Shown one piece after another: positions 9,494 through 17,767 of a stretch of DNA of 38,993 nt. Source of the stretch: Chthoniobacter sp. (GTDB taxonomy: Bacteria; Verrucomicrobiota; Verrucomicrobiia; Chthoniobacterales; Chthoniobacteraceae); assembly GCA_025352865.1 (NCBI GenBank), contig JANXSB010000701.1, forward strand, positions 1 to 38,993, written 5' to 3'. A program made the translations under genes and the position numbers. Position 1 is the first letter of the stretch, and each line of letters begins with the position of its first letter. The notes under the pieces were generated by a model that searched no databases, was not told the origin of the DNA, and saw nothing but the letters and a program-made list of their open reading frames with translations.

Positions 9494-10054
9494 ATGGTTT
9501 CGATGCTTTCACCCACCGACGAAAAGATGCCCGAGGACGTGCCGCGCTGGTACTGCCTGCGCACGCAGCCGAAGCACGAGCACATCGCCGCCGCGCAGTT
9601 GCGCCGCGCGCTGGGAATCGAGGTTTTCTGCCCGCGGGTGCGCATCCAGAAAAACACGCGGACGGGGCTGAAGTGGTTCGTGGAGGCGCTTTTTCCGAAC
9701 TATCTTTTCGCCCGTTTTCCGCTGCGCGAAAACCATGCACGCGTGCGCTACAGCCCCGGCGTCAGCGGCATCGTGCAGTTTGGCGAGCGCTTCGCCACGG
9801 TGGCCGACGAGGCGATCACGGAACTCACCGGCTTCATCGGCGCGGACGAGGTGCGGACGGTCGAACTCCAGCTCGCCGAGGGCGACGAAGTGGAGATCGT
9901 CAGCGGCCCGCTGCAAGGCCAGCAGGGCTTGGTCACACAGCTTCACTCGGCCCGCGAGCGCGTGCGCATCCTCCTCGAATTCCTCGGCCAGACCCGCGAG
10001 GTCGAAGTCAGCCTCATTTCCGTTTTCCGTCAGGCCCGCGTGCCCGCGACCTGA
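9494..10054 (+). CDS. rfaH: Specialised NusG paralog (RfaH/UpxY-like antiterminator)
   Basis: WYCLRTQPKHE, EALFPNYLFARF, PGVSGIVQFG (NGN domain), GDEVEIVSGPLQG (KOW), RVRILLEFLG. True start could be one of the downstream Mets. Confidence 0.85.
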   Translation: MVSMLSPTDEKMPEDVPRWYCLRTQPKHEHIAAAQLRRALGIEVFCPRVRIQKNTRTGLKWFVEALFPNYLFARFPLRENHARVRYSPGVSGIVQFGERFATVADEAITELTGFIGADEVRTVELQLAEGDEVEIVSGPLQGQQGLVTQLHSARERVRILLEFLGQTREVEVSLISVFRQARVPAT

Positions 10055-10163
10055 CGCCACCGGCCGGCCGCTGCCGAAAAAGCGGCCCCGCAAGTCCATG
10101 ACCAATCCGCCTCCGATCAGGCGCTCCGCAGGTCTGGCCGGCTCCGCCGCGCCAATGACCAAG

Positions 10164-10175
10164 GGCGGCAGCTTG
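10164..10175 (+). promoter_or_regulatory. ops-like element GGCGGCAGCTTG
   Basis: Matches ops consensus GGCGGTAGnnTG at 9 of 10 defined positions; lies downstream of the RfaH-like gene and 17 nt before the first biosynthetic ORF. Confidence 0.4.
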
Positions 10176-10192
10176 CCCGGATTTTTTCCGCC

Positions 10193-10705
10193 ATGCAGCA
10201 CTCCATGAAACGCGACGACGACGCTTTGGCCGCACGCATTCGCGCGGTGAAACTGCTCATCTTCGACTTCGACGGCGTCTTCACCGACAACATGGTCTAT
10301 GTCTTTGAGGACGGGCGCGAAGCCGTGCGCTGCTCGCGGCAGGACGGCATCGGCCTCGCCAAGCTGCGCCGCCGCGGCCTCGCCATGTGCATCGTCTCGA
10401 CCGAGGAAAATCCCGTGGTCGCGGCCCGCGCGAAAAAGCTGCAACTGCGCTGCATCCAAGGCTGCGCGGACAAGGGTGCCACGCTCGACCTCCTGCTCGC
10501 CGAAACCGGCTGCACCGAGGCACAGCTCGCCTTCGTGGGCAACGACACAAACGACCTGCCGTGCCTGACCCGCGCCGGCCTGCCAATCATCGTCCAGGAT
10601 GCCCACCCCGACGTGCTCGCGCACGGGCTTTACCGCACGACGGCCCGCGGCGGCCACGGCGCGGTGCGCGAAGTCTGCGATCTTTTTGACGAGGTGCTCG
10701 GATGA
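10193..10705 (+). CDS. kdsC: KdsC-family HAD phosphatase (Kdo-8-P / nonulosonate-9-P phosphatase-like)
   Basis: IFDFDGVFTDN motif I, DGIG, FVGNDTND, GGHGAVREVCD; alternative start 10205. Confidence 0.8.
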   Translation: MQHSMKRDDDALAARIRAVKLLIFDFDGVFTDNMVYVFEDGREAVRCSRQDGIGLAKLRRRGLAMCIVSTEENPVVAARAKKLQLRCIQGCADKGATLDLLLAETGCTEAQLAFVGNDTNDLPCLTRAGLPIIVQDAHPDVLAHGLYRTTARGGHGAVREVCDLFDEVLG

Positions 10706-11580
10706 GCGACACACCCCACGCATCCGCACCCGCGGAGGAGCCGATCCAATGGACGGAAATCATCACGCCGCAGCAGGGCTGGTTCGATGTCCGCCTCGGC
10801 GAAATCTGGCAGTATCGCGATCTGATCTGGCAGTTTTTCCGGCGCGATTTTGTTTCGAGTTACCGGCAGACGGTGCTCGGGCCGCTGTGGTTCGTGCTGC
10901 CTCCGCTCTTCACCACGCTCGTCATGGCCGTGGTTTTCGGGGGTGTGGCGAAGGTCTCGACCGATGGCGTCCCGCATATCCTTTTTTTCCTCCTCGGCGT
11001 GACGGCGTGGAACTACTTCGCCTCGTGCCTGACCCGCACGGCGACCACCTTCACCGGCAATGCCGGCCTTTTCGGCAAGGTCTATTTTCCGCGTCTGACG
11101 GTGCCCGTCTCCGTGGTGCTGAACAACCTCGCCACCTTCGGAATCCAGTTCGCGATCTTCCTCGTGATCTTCCTTTACCAATGGCACGCAGGCGCGCCGG
11201 TGGCACCAAACTGGCGGATGGTGCTGCTGCCCATCCTCCTCGTGCAAATGGGCGCGCTGGGCCTGGGACTCGGCTGCATGGTCTCGGCGCTGACCACGCG
11301 CTACCGCGATTTCGGTATGCTCGTGAGCTTCGGCGTGCAGCTCTGGATGTATGTGAGCTGCGTGGTCTTTCCGCTCTCCTCGGTCTCGCCGGGACTGCGC
11401 TGGCTTTTCATCCTCAATCCGATGGTGCCGATCATCGAATCGTTCCGCTTCGCCTTTCTCGGCAAAGGGGTGATCGAGATCTGGCAGCTCGCGCTGAGCT
11501 TCGGCATGAGCGGCGTGTTTCTATTTCTCGGGCTGCTCATGTTTCATCACGTCGAGCGCACTTTCACGGACACCGTTTAA
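10702..11580 (+). CDS. wzm: Polysaccharide ABC exporter permease
   Basis: YRDLI..RRDF..YRQTVLGPLW, KVYFPR, RYRDF, LNPM..IIESFR, six hydrophobic segments. Confidence 0.93.
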   Translation: MSDTPHASAPAEEPIQWTEIITPQQGWFDVRLGEIWQYRDLIWQFFRRDFVSSYRQTVLGPLWFVLPPLFTTLVMAVVFGGVAKVSTDGVPHILFFLLGVTAWNYFASCLTRTATTFTGNAGLFGKVYFPRLTVPVSVVLNNLATFGIQFAIFLVIFLYQWHAGAPVAPNWRMVLLPILLVQMGALGLGLGCMVSALTTRYRDFGMLVSFGVQLWMYVSCVVFPLSSVSPGLRWLFILNPMVPIIESFRFAFLGKGVIEIWQLALSFGMSGVFLFLGLLMFHHVERTFTDTV

Positions 11581-11582
11581 TC

Positions 11583-12917
11583 ATGGGCGTCGTCATTCGA
11601 GTTGAAAATGTGAGCAAGCAATACCGGCTGGGGACGATCAGCCGGCGGATGCTTTACCAGGATGTGCAGTCCGGTTTCGCGCGGATGCTGGGCCGGCCGG
11701 ACCCGCATGAAAAAATCACGGAAGGCGGTGCAGCACGTCCGGCGATCGGCGGAATCTCCGACTATCTGTGGGCGCTGCGGGAGGTGTCGTTCGATGTCAA
11801 CGAGGGCGACGTCGTCGGGATCATCGGCCGCAATGGCTCCGGCAAATCCACGCTGCTGAAAATCCTCTCCCGGATCACCGCGCCCACGGAAGGGCGGGTC
11901 TTTTTGAAAGGGCGCGTCGCCTGCCTCCTCGAAGTCGGCACCGGCTTTCATCCCGAGCTGACCGGCCGCGACAACATCTACCTTAACGGCTCGATCCTCG
12001 GCATGACGCGCGCCGAGATCACCCGGAAGTTCGACGAAATCGTGGATTTCTCCGGCGTGGAAAAGTTCATCGACACGCCGGTAAAACGCTATTCGAGCGG
12101 CATGACCGTGCGCCTCGCGTTTGCGGTCGCGGCGAATCTCGAGCCGGAGATTCTCGTCATCGACGAGGTGCTCGCCGTGGGCGACGCGGCGTTTCAAAAA
12201 AAATGCCTGGGCAAAATGAGCGCCGTGGCCCGCGAAGGTCGGACCATCCTTTTCGTCAGCCATCAGTCCGCGGCGGTGGAGAATCTCTGCAGCCGCGGGA
12301 TCATGCTGGAGGGCGGAGGACTGCGCTTCGACGGCACCCAGACCGAGGCGCTCCGGTTTTATGCGAACAGCACCGGCAATTACGACGGCCTGCTGCGTGA
12401 TCGCACCGACCGCAAAGGCACGGGAGACATTCGCATTACCGCCATCGAGTTCCGCGACACTCGGGGGAATCGCATCAATACCATGGCCTCCGGACAGGAT
12501 GTTGATGTGCTCCTTTATTTTGAAAACATCACCTCACGCCCCTGGCCCAACCTCCTGGTGTCCATCACCGTGAAAAATCAACTCGACGTTCCGGTGTTCA
12601 TCCACGGCAATCTTTACACGGGAGACACCTTTGGTGAGTCGATTCCATCCAGCGGAGCATTCGTCTGCCGCCTGCACAAACTGCCCTTGCCAACAAGCGC
12701 CTACCGTTTGGACTTCCTCATCAGATCACAGGCGCGCGGGGCGGAGGTGCTCGATTGGATGGACTCAGCGATTGAAATGCCGGTCGAGGGCGGTGACTTT
12801 TTCGGAAGCGGGCAGGTTCCTCCGATGATCGACGGAATTTGCCTTGCCGATGGCAGTTGGCGTCTCACCGCCGAAACGACTCCCGATGCTGCCGAGCCGC
12901 AGTTGGTTCCCGGATGA
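11583..12917 (+). CDS. wzt: Polysaccharide ABC exporter ATPase with C-terminal Wzt_C domain
   Basis: Walker A GRNGSGKST, YSSGM signature, ILVIDEVLAVGD, VSH; C-terminal domain from about RKGTGDIRIT. ATG at 11583 follows the wzm stop. Confidence 0.93.
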   Translation: MGVVIRVENVSKQYRLGTISRRMLYQDVQSGFARMLGRPDPHEKITEGGAARPAIGGISDYLWALREVSFDVNEGDVVGIIGRNGSGKSTLLKILSRITAPTEGRVFLKGRVACLLEVGTGFHPELTGRDNIYLNGSILGMTRAEITRKFDEIVDFSGVEKFIDTPVKRYSSGMTVRLAFAVAANLEPEILVIDEVLAVGDAAFQKKCLGKMSAVAREGRTILFVSHQSAAVENLCSRGIMLEGGGLRFDGTQTEALRFYANSTGNYDGLLRDRTDRKGTGDIRITAIEFRDTRGNRINTMASGQDVDVLLYFENITSRPWPNLLVSITVKNQLDVPVFIHGNLYTGDTFGESIPSSGAFVCRLHKLPLPTSAYRLDFLIRSQARGAEVLDWMDSAIEMPVEGGDFFGSGQVPPMIDGICLADGSWRLTAETTPDAAEPQLVPG

Positions 12918-12977
12918 GCCGTCTGGAATGAGTGCGTCTTACATCCCGATCGTCGCAATCTTCGTTCAACACTCAAA

Positions 12978-13961
12978 ATGAAAGCACAGCCCACAACTCA
13001 AACCGAAAGTCCCCGGATGACGGCCAATGTCATTCTCCGTTCGTTGCAAACAATCCACCGCAGAATGGGTTATCCGCTTGGGAAACTTCATTACAAAATT
13101 CAGGGAATAAGACAGCAGCTAAAGGAATCGGGAAGCCCCACGCGATACGTCCGCGGCATAGTGTACAGGATCATCAATTTTCGCGAGGGAGTTACCCGGC
13201 GCATCCGCGCCGGGACTTTGACGAAAAACCTGACCCCGGCCATCGTTGGCCATGTGAAGGAACTCGGGGAAGAGGGGTTCTCCTACTTTACGGAACAAAT
13301 CGACCCAAAGCTAATGCAGGAACTCAACACCTATTACGACGAGGTGATCAGCAAGAGATCCGCAACCGCAACCTCTTACGAATCTCACCCGTTTTTCTTC
13401 CCGCTCATCAGGCAGGAAGATCTGACCACGGACAACATCCTCGTGCGCTTCGCCTTGCAGGACAGCATTACGCAGGCGCTGACCGCGCACTTCGGGAGTG
13501 TCCCCTATTTGAGCGGCATCTATGTTACGGAATCCCGGAGCGTCGAGACCGTGGGACTGCTTGGATCCCAGCAATGGCATCTCGACTATTCGTGGTGGAA
13601 TAGCGATCAGGTCTTTTTGTGGGTCTATCTGACGGATGTCAACAGCCTGGCCCAGGGACCGTTTACTTTCATCCCCATCCCCGGATCGCGAAAGGTGAAG
13701 AATGATTTTTTTCCCAGAAGGATTCAGGACGAAGAGATAGAAGCCGCCGGATTGACCAGTCAGATCAAAAATGCGTTCGGACCACGCTCGACCGCGTTTT
13801 TCATCAATTCATACAAGTGTTACCATATGGGCAGTCGCCTCGCCAAAGGCGAGAAGCGTGTGGCCTATATGATTTCATATACCAAACCCGCGAAGGAACA
13901 GAACCTCATCAAGGTCACCACACCCGTGCCGGAACACAAAAAATTACTTGTCAGCCGTTGA
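12978..13961 (+). CDS. Putative 2-oxoglutarate/Fe(II) dioxygenase (PhyH-like fold)
   Basis: SQQWHLD (HxD), WVYLTDV..QGPFTFIP, CYHMGSR (distal His), RVAY (Arg); start uncertain. Confidence 0.6.
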   Translation: MKAQPTTQTESPRMTANVILRSLQTIHRRMGYPLGKLHYKIQGIRQQLKESGSPTRYVRGIVYRIINFREGVTRRIRAGTLTKNLTPAIVGHVKELGEEGFSYFTEQIDPKLMQELNTYYDEVISKRSATATSYESHPFFFPLIRQEDLTTDNILVRFALQDSITQALTAHFGSVPYLSGIYVTESRSVETVGLLGSQQWHLDYSWWNSDQVFLWVYLTDVNSLAQGPFTFIPIPGSRKVKNDFFPRRIQDEEIEAAGLTSQIKNAFGPRSTAFFINSYKCYHMGSRLAKGEKRVAYMISYTKPAKEQNLIKVTTPVPEHKKLLVSR

Positions 13962-14039
13962 GACACCCGGAGCCGGCAGCTTTGCGGGCAGAGTCATCCG
14001 CGGGTCATGCCAAGTCCCAGCCCACCACTCAGACAAACT

Positions 14040-15074
14040 ATGGAAGAGAAATTCTTTAAGCCGTTCGATCCCCGCCGGATCAAACACTCACAGATCGACG
14101 ACGTTTCCAGCGCCATCGGACAATATGTGGCGATGTCTGCGGAACTGCTCAGCATGCCGCAGGTGCATGTGCATGAATGCCGGCTGTGCGGCGGCAAAGA
14201 ACGGGCGCAGGAGGTCACGGTCAGCGGGTTTCTCTGGGCGCTTTGTGCGACCTGCCATCACTACTACAAGGTGCATATGCCGCCGCACGAGGACATGCTG
14301 GCCTGGCTGAAGAAGGGCGCGCCCGTCGAAGTCTATCTGCATGAGGAAGACTTCCAATACCGGCTGGATAACATCTCCCAGCCTAAGATCGATTTCGTGA
14401 GCAGCTATCACCACGGCCCGCCGGGGCGCTGGCTCGATGTCGCCACGGGGCTGGCCGACATCCCGCACCGGCTGCAGCAGTGCGGCTGGGAGGCGGAGGC
14501 CACGGAGATCAATTCCGCGCTCGCGGCTTTCGCGACAAAGAACTGGGGGCTGACGCCGCAGCAGAAACAGTTGCACGAGTATTACCGGGACTTTGCGGCC
14601 AGCGGTCATCCGGCTTTCGACGTGGTCAGTTGCTTCGGTTACTTCGACTTGCAGCCGAAACCGCTGGAACATTTCCAGATGGCGAATGCGATGCTCAAGA
14701 TGGGCGGTCTGCTCGCGATCAATCAGCCCAACCACGACTCGCTCGCCGGGGCGCTCGCCCGCCACAAGCCCGGCCGCTCCCTGCGGGCCTTCATTCCCGG
14801 CGATTACTCCTACTTCTCCCGCAAGTCGCTGGGCTATGCGCTGGATCACAGCGGCTTCGAGATCGCCGGCATCTGGTGGCACGGCCTCGATGTGCATGAC
14901 CTTATCGTCCAGGTCATCGACGGCGATCCCGCCTTCAAGGATTCCGACGCCTGCGCGCTGCTTTACGAGAACTACAACGCGCTCCAAAAAGCCTTGGATG
15001 AGGCCCGCAAGTCCGACCTCCTTCTCGTCGTGGCGCGCAAGGTCGCCGAGGTGAAACCCGATCTCGCGGGTTAA
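14040..15074 (+). CDS. Class I SAM methyltransferase-like protein with N-terminal CxxC..CxxC
   Basis: CRLC/CATC, WLDVATGLAD (degenerate motif I), FDVVSCF, LKMGGLLAINQPN; alternative start 14007. Confidence 0.7.
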   Translation: MEEKFFKPFDPRRIKHSQIDDVSSAIGQYVAMSAELLSMPQVHVHECRLCGGKERAQEVTVSGFLWALCATCHHYYKVHMPPHEDMLAWLKKGAPVEVYLHEEDFQYRLDNISQPKIDFVSSYHHGPPGRWLDVATGLADIPHRLQQCGWEAEATEINSALAAFATKNWGLTPQQKQLHEYYRDFAASGHPAFDVVSCFGYFDLQPKPLEHFQMANAMLKMGGLLAINQPNHDSLAGALARHKPGRSLRAFIPGDYSYFSRKSLGYALDHSGFEIAGIWWHGLDVHDLIVQVIDGDPAFKDSDACALLYENYNALQKALDEARKSDLLLVVARKVAEVKPDLAG

Positions 15075-15108
15075 TCGCGCGCGCCGCTTCAAAGCCTCTC
15101 ACTCCGAC

Positions 15109-16743
15109 ATGGCCGACACCCTGGTTCAACGGCTGCTCACCCGCTTTCGCGGCCCCGCGATGGACGGGGCGACGCGCGATCTCATCCGCTTTAACCGGCG
15201 GAAGTGGAAGCCGCAGTCCAAGACGGACAATGTCGTCCTGATGGGGCTGTTTAGCTGGCGTCCGACCATGTGCGCCTTCAGCCACGCGGCGAATCATTTC
15301 GCCGAACGAACCGGGGCGCGGATCGAGGCGTACTTCTTTGGGCGCGGGATGGATCCGGTGGTGCTGGAAATCTACCGGTCGTTCGGAGCGCGGCTGACCC
15401 TTGGGTGGTTTTCGACGACCCGCCACGAGGCTCAGGCGCGGCAGCTCGCCGATGAAGCTCTCGCCGCCGTGCGGAATCTTGACGACATTTTCCGCATCCG
15501 CTTCCAGGACATCGTCCTCGGGGATCTGATCTACGACAGCTACATCCGCTATTTCTACGAGGCGACCGTCCGGCTCGACGACCCGCGGCTCCGCGAGATC
15601 GTGGAGAAAACATTTCTGATCGCGCTCGCCTGCGAGGAATACTTTGCCCGGCACCGCGTAACGGCGCTCTTTCCCTACGATGCCCCCTACATCGAGTCCG
15701 GCGTGGTGCATCGCTTTGCCATTCGCCACGGCGTGCCGATTTACGCGCTGGAATATCATCCCTTTGCGCTTCACGACATGGACACGGCGATGCTCGCGGG
15801 CGATCCGGCGGATCACCGCCACTGGCCCTCGAAGCTCCCGCTGCACCGGTTTGCGCCGGAGATTTTCGCCGGGCTCGAACCGGAGCGGCAGGCGCGCGGG
15901 CAGGAGGCGGCGAGGGAGGCACTGGCCCGGCATTTCCAGGGGATCATCGCCGACAAAGTGCTCGCGCAGTACGGCGCGCCGGCGACCTACCAGGGCAGCG
16001 CCTTCAGCGAACCCGGCAGTGAGGCCGTCTTCGCGAAAACCGGCCGGCCGCGCATGCTGGTCATGCTCCACGATTTTTGCGACGCGCCGAATGTCTATCG
16101 CTGGGCGCTCTTCCGCGATTTCGACGAGTGGCTGGAATTCCTGCTCACCCGCGCGGCGCTGACGGACTTTGACTGGTACGTAAAACCGCACCCGAACCGG
16201 CACTACGACCGGCGGATGAACGAAGCGAACGACCGCATCACTGCGGAATTGCAGCGGCGTTATCCGCACGTTCATTTTTTAAGCCCGCAGGTCTCCAACC
16301 GCCAGATCCTCGCCGAAGGCATCGACGCCATGTTCACCGTCTTCGGCACCTCGGCGCATGAATTTGCCTACCACGGCGTGCCCGTCGTCACCGCCGGCGA
16401 CAATCCGCAGATCGACTACACCTTCAATTTTCACGCGCGCACCCGCGCGGAATACGACCGCCTCATCCGCACCGCCGACCGCCTCGAGATCGACATCGAC
16501 CGCGCCGACATCGAGAAGTTTTATTACCTCTATCACTTCCATCCGTACGAGCAGTTGCCCAGCAGCGTGTCCATCGTGCCCGAGGCCTGGCTGAAGCTGC
16601 CCAACCTCTCGCAACTCGAATCCTCCACCGAAATCTTCCGCCATTTCATCGAAAGCGATTCGCCCGAGCGCGATCGCAAAATCGCGGATTACATCGACGC
16701 CTTTCTCGCGGCCCAGACGGCTCCATCCATCATCGCGGCTTGA
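15109..16743 (+). CDS. Capsule-biosynthesis (KpsS-like) GT-B protein, candidate nonulosonate transferase
   Basis: LVMLHDFCDAP, F.DF.EWL, WYVKPHP, TVFGTSAHEFAYHGVPVV; directly upstream of pseB. Confidence 0.55.
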   Translation: MADTLVQRLLTRFRGPAMDGATRDLIRFNRRKWKPQSKTDNVVLMGLFSWRPTMCAFSHAANHFAERTGARIEAYFFGRGMDPVVLEIYRSFGARLTLGWFSTTRHEAQARQLADEALAAVRNLDDIFRIRFQDIVLGDLIYDSYIRYFYEATVRLDDPRLREIVEKTFLIALACEEYFARHRVTALFPYDAPYIESGVVHRFAIRHGVPIYALEYHPFALHDMDTAMLAGDPADHRHWPSKLPLHRFAPEIFAGLEPERQARGQEAAREALARHFQGIIADKVLAQYGAPATYQGSAFSEPGSEAVFAKTGRPRMLVMLHDFCDAPNVYRWALFRDFDEWLEFLLTRAALTDFDWYVKPHPNRHYDRRMNEANDRITAELQRRYPHVHFLSPQVSNRQILAEGIDAMFTVFGTSAHEFAYHGVPVVTAGDNPQIDYTFNFHARTRAEYDRLIRTADRLEIDIDRADIEKFYYLYHFHPYEQLPSSVSIVPEAWLKLPNLSQLESSTEIFRHFIESDSPERDRKIADYIDAFLAAQTAPSIIAA

Positions 16744-16762
16744 TCCCACTCACCCTCAACCC

Positions 16763-17758
16763 ATGTCCCAACAAACTATGAATTGGTCGCAAAAAACTAT
16801 CCTCGTCACCGGTGGCACCGGTTCCTTTGGCCGAAAATTTGTCGAAGTAATGCTTCGGGATTACCGGCCGAAAAAACTCATCGTCTTCAGCCGCGACGAA
16901 CTCAAGCAGCACGAGATGCGGCTGATTTTTCCCGACAATGCCAGCACGCCGCTGCGTTATTTCATCGGCGATGTGCGCGACCAGGCGCGTCTCGAAAGAG
17001 CCTTTCGGGGTGTCGATCTCGTGGTCCATGCCGCGGCGCTCAAGCAGGTTCCGGCCTGCGAGTACAATCCCATCGAGGCCATCAAAACGAACATCGTCGG
17101 CGCCACGAATATCATCGAGGCGGCGATCGACCAGAACGTCCAGCATGTGCTCGCACTTAGCACCGACAAGGCGGTGAACCCGGCGAATCTTTACGGCGCG
17201 ACGAAGCTCTGCGCGGAGAAACTTTTCGTCCAGGGCAACGCCTACTCGACGAAGGCGGGACCACGGTTCAGTTGCGTGCGCTATGGCAATGTCGTCGGCA
17301 GCCGCGGCAGCGTCGTCCCGCTTTTTGCCGAGCAGCGGAAGACCGGGCGCATCACCATCACCGACCCGCGCATGACGCGCTTCTGGCTCACGCTCGATCA
17401 GGGCGTGCGCTTCGTCATCAATTGCATCGAGCGCATGCACGGCGGCGAAGTTTTCGTCCCGAAAATCCCGAGCATGAACATCATGGATCTCGCCCACGCG
17501 CTCGCGCCGGAATGCACCGTGGACAACATCGGCATCCGGCCCGGCGAGAAACTGCACGAGGTGCTGCTCTCCGAGGATGAGGCGCGCAGTACGGTGGAAC
17601 TGGAGGACATGTTCGTGGTCCAGCCGCTGCACCCGTGGTGGGACGACGCGCAGTTGCCCGAGGGCAAAAAGCTGCCCGAGGGCTTCCGCTATGGCAGCGA
17701 CAACAATGACGTGTGGTTGAAAGTGGACGATCTCCGCGCGCTGCTCGCGAAAGCGTAA
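16763..17758 (+). CDS. pseB: UDP-GlcNAc 4,6-dehydratase (inverting)
   Basis: TGGTGSFG, FSRDELKQ, HAAALKQVPACEYNP, LSTDKA, YGATK, RYGNVVGSRGSV, GIRPGEKLHE. Confidence 0.95.
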   Translation: MSQQTMNWSQKTILVTGGTGSFGRKFVEVMLRDYRPKKLIVFSRDELKQHEMRLIFPDNASTPLRYFIGDVRDQARLERAFRGVDLVVHAAALKQVPACEYNPIEAIKTNIVGATNIIEAAIDQNVQHVLALSTDKAVNPANLYGATKLCAEKLFVQGNAYSTKAGPRFSCVRYGNVVGSRGSVVPLFAEQRKTGRITITDPRMTRFWLTLDQGVRFVINCIERMHGGEVFVPKIPSMNIMDLAHALAPECTVDNIGIRPGEKLHEVLLSEDEARSTVELEDMFVVQPLHPWWDDAQLPEGKKLPEGFRYGSDNNDVWLKVDDLRALLAKA

Positions 17759-17767
17759 AAAAATTCC

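Noticed and set aside
10599-11582. Apparent 772-aa Wzt with a long N-terminal extension
   Set aside because: The extension overlaps kdsC and wzm in another frame and is low-complexity; the real start is ATG 11583
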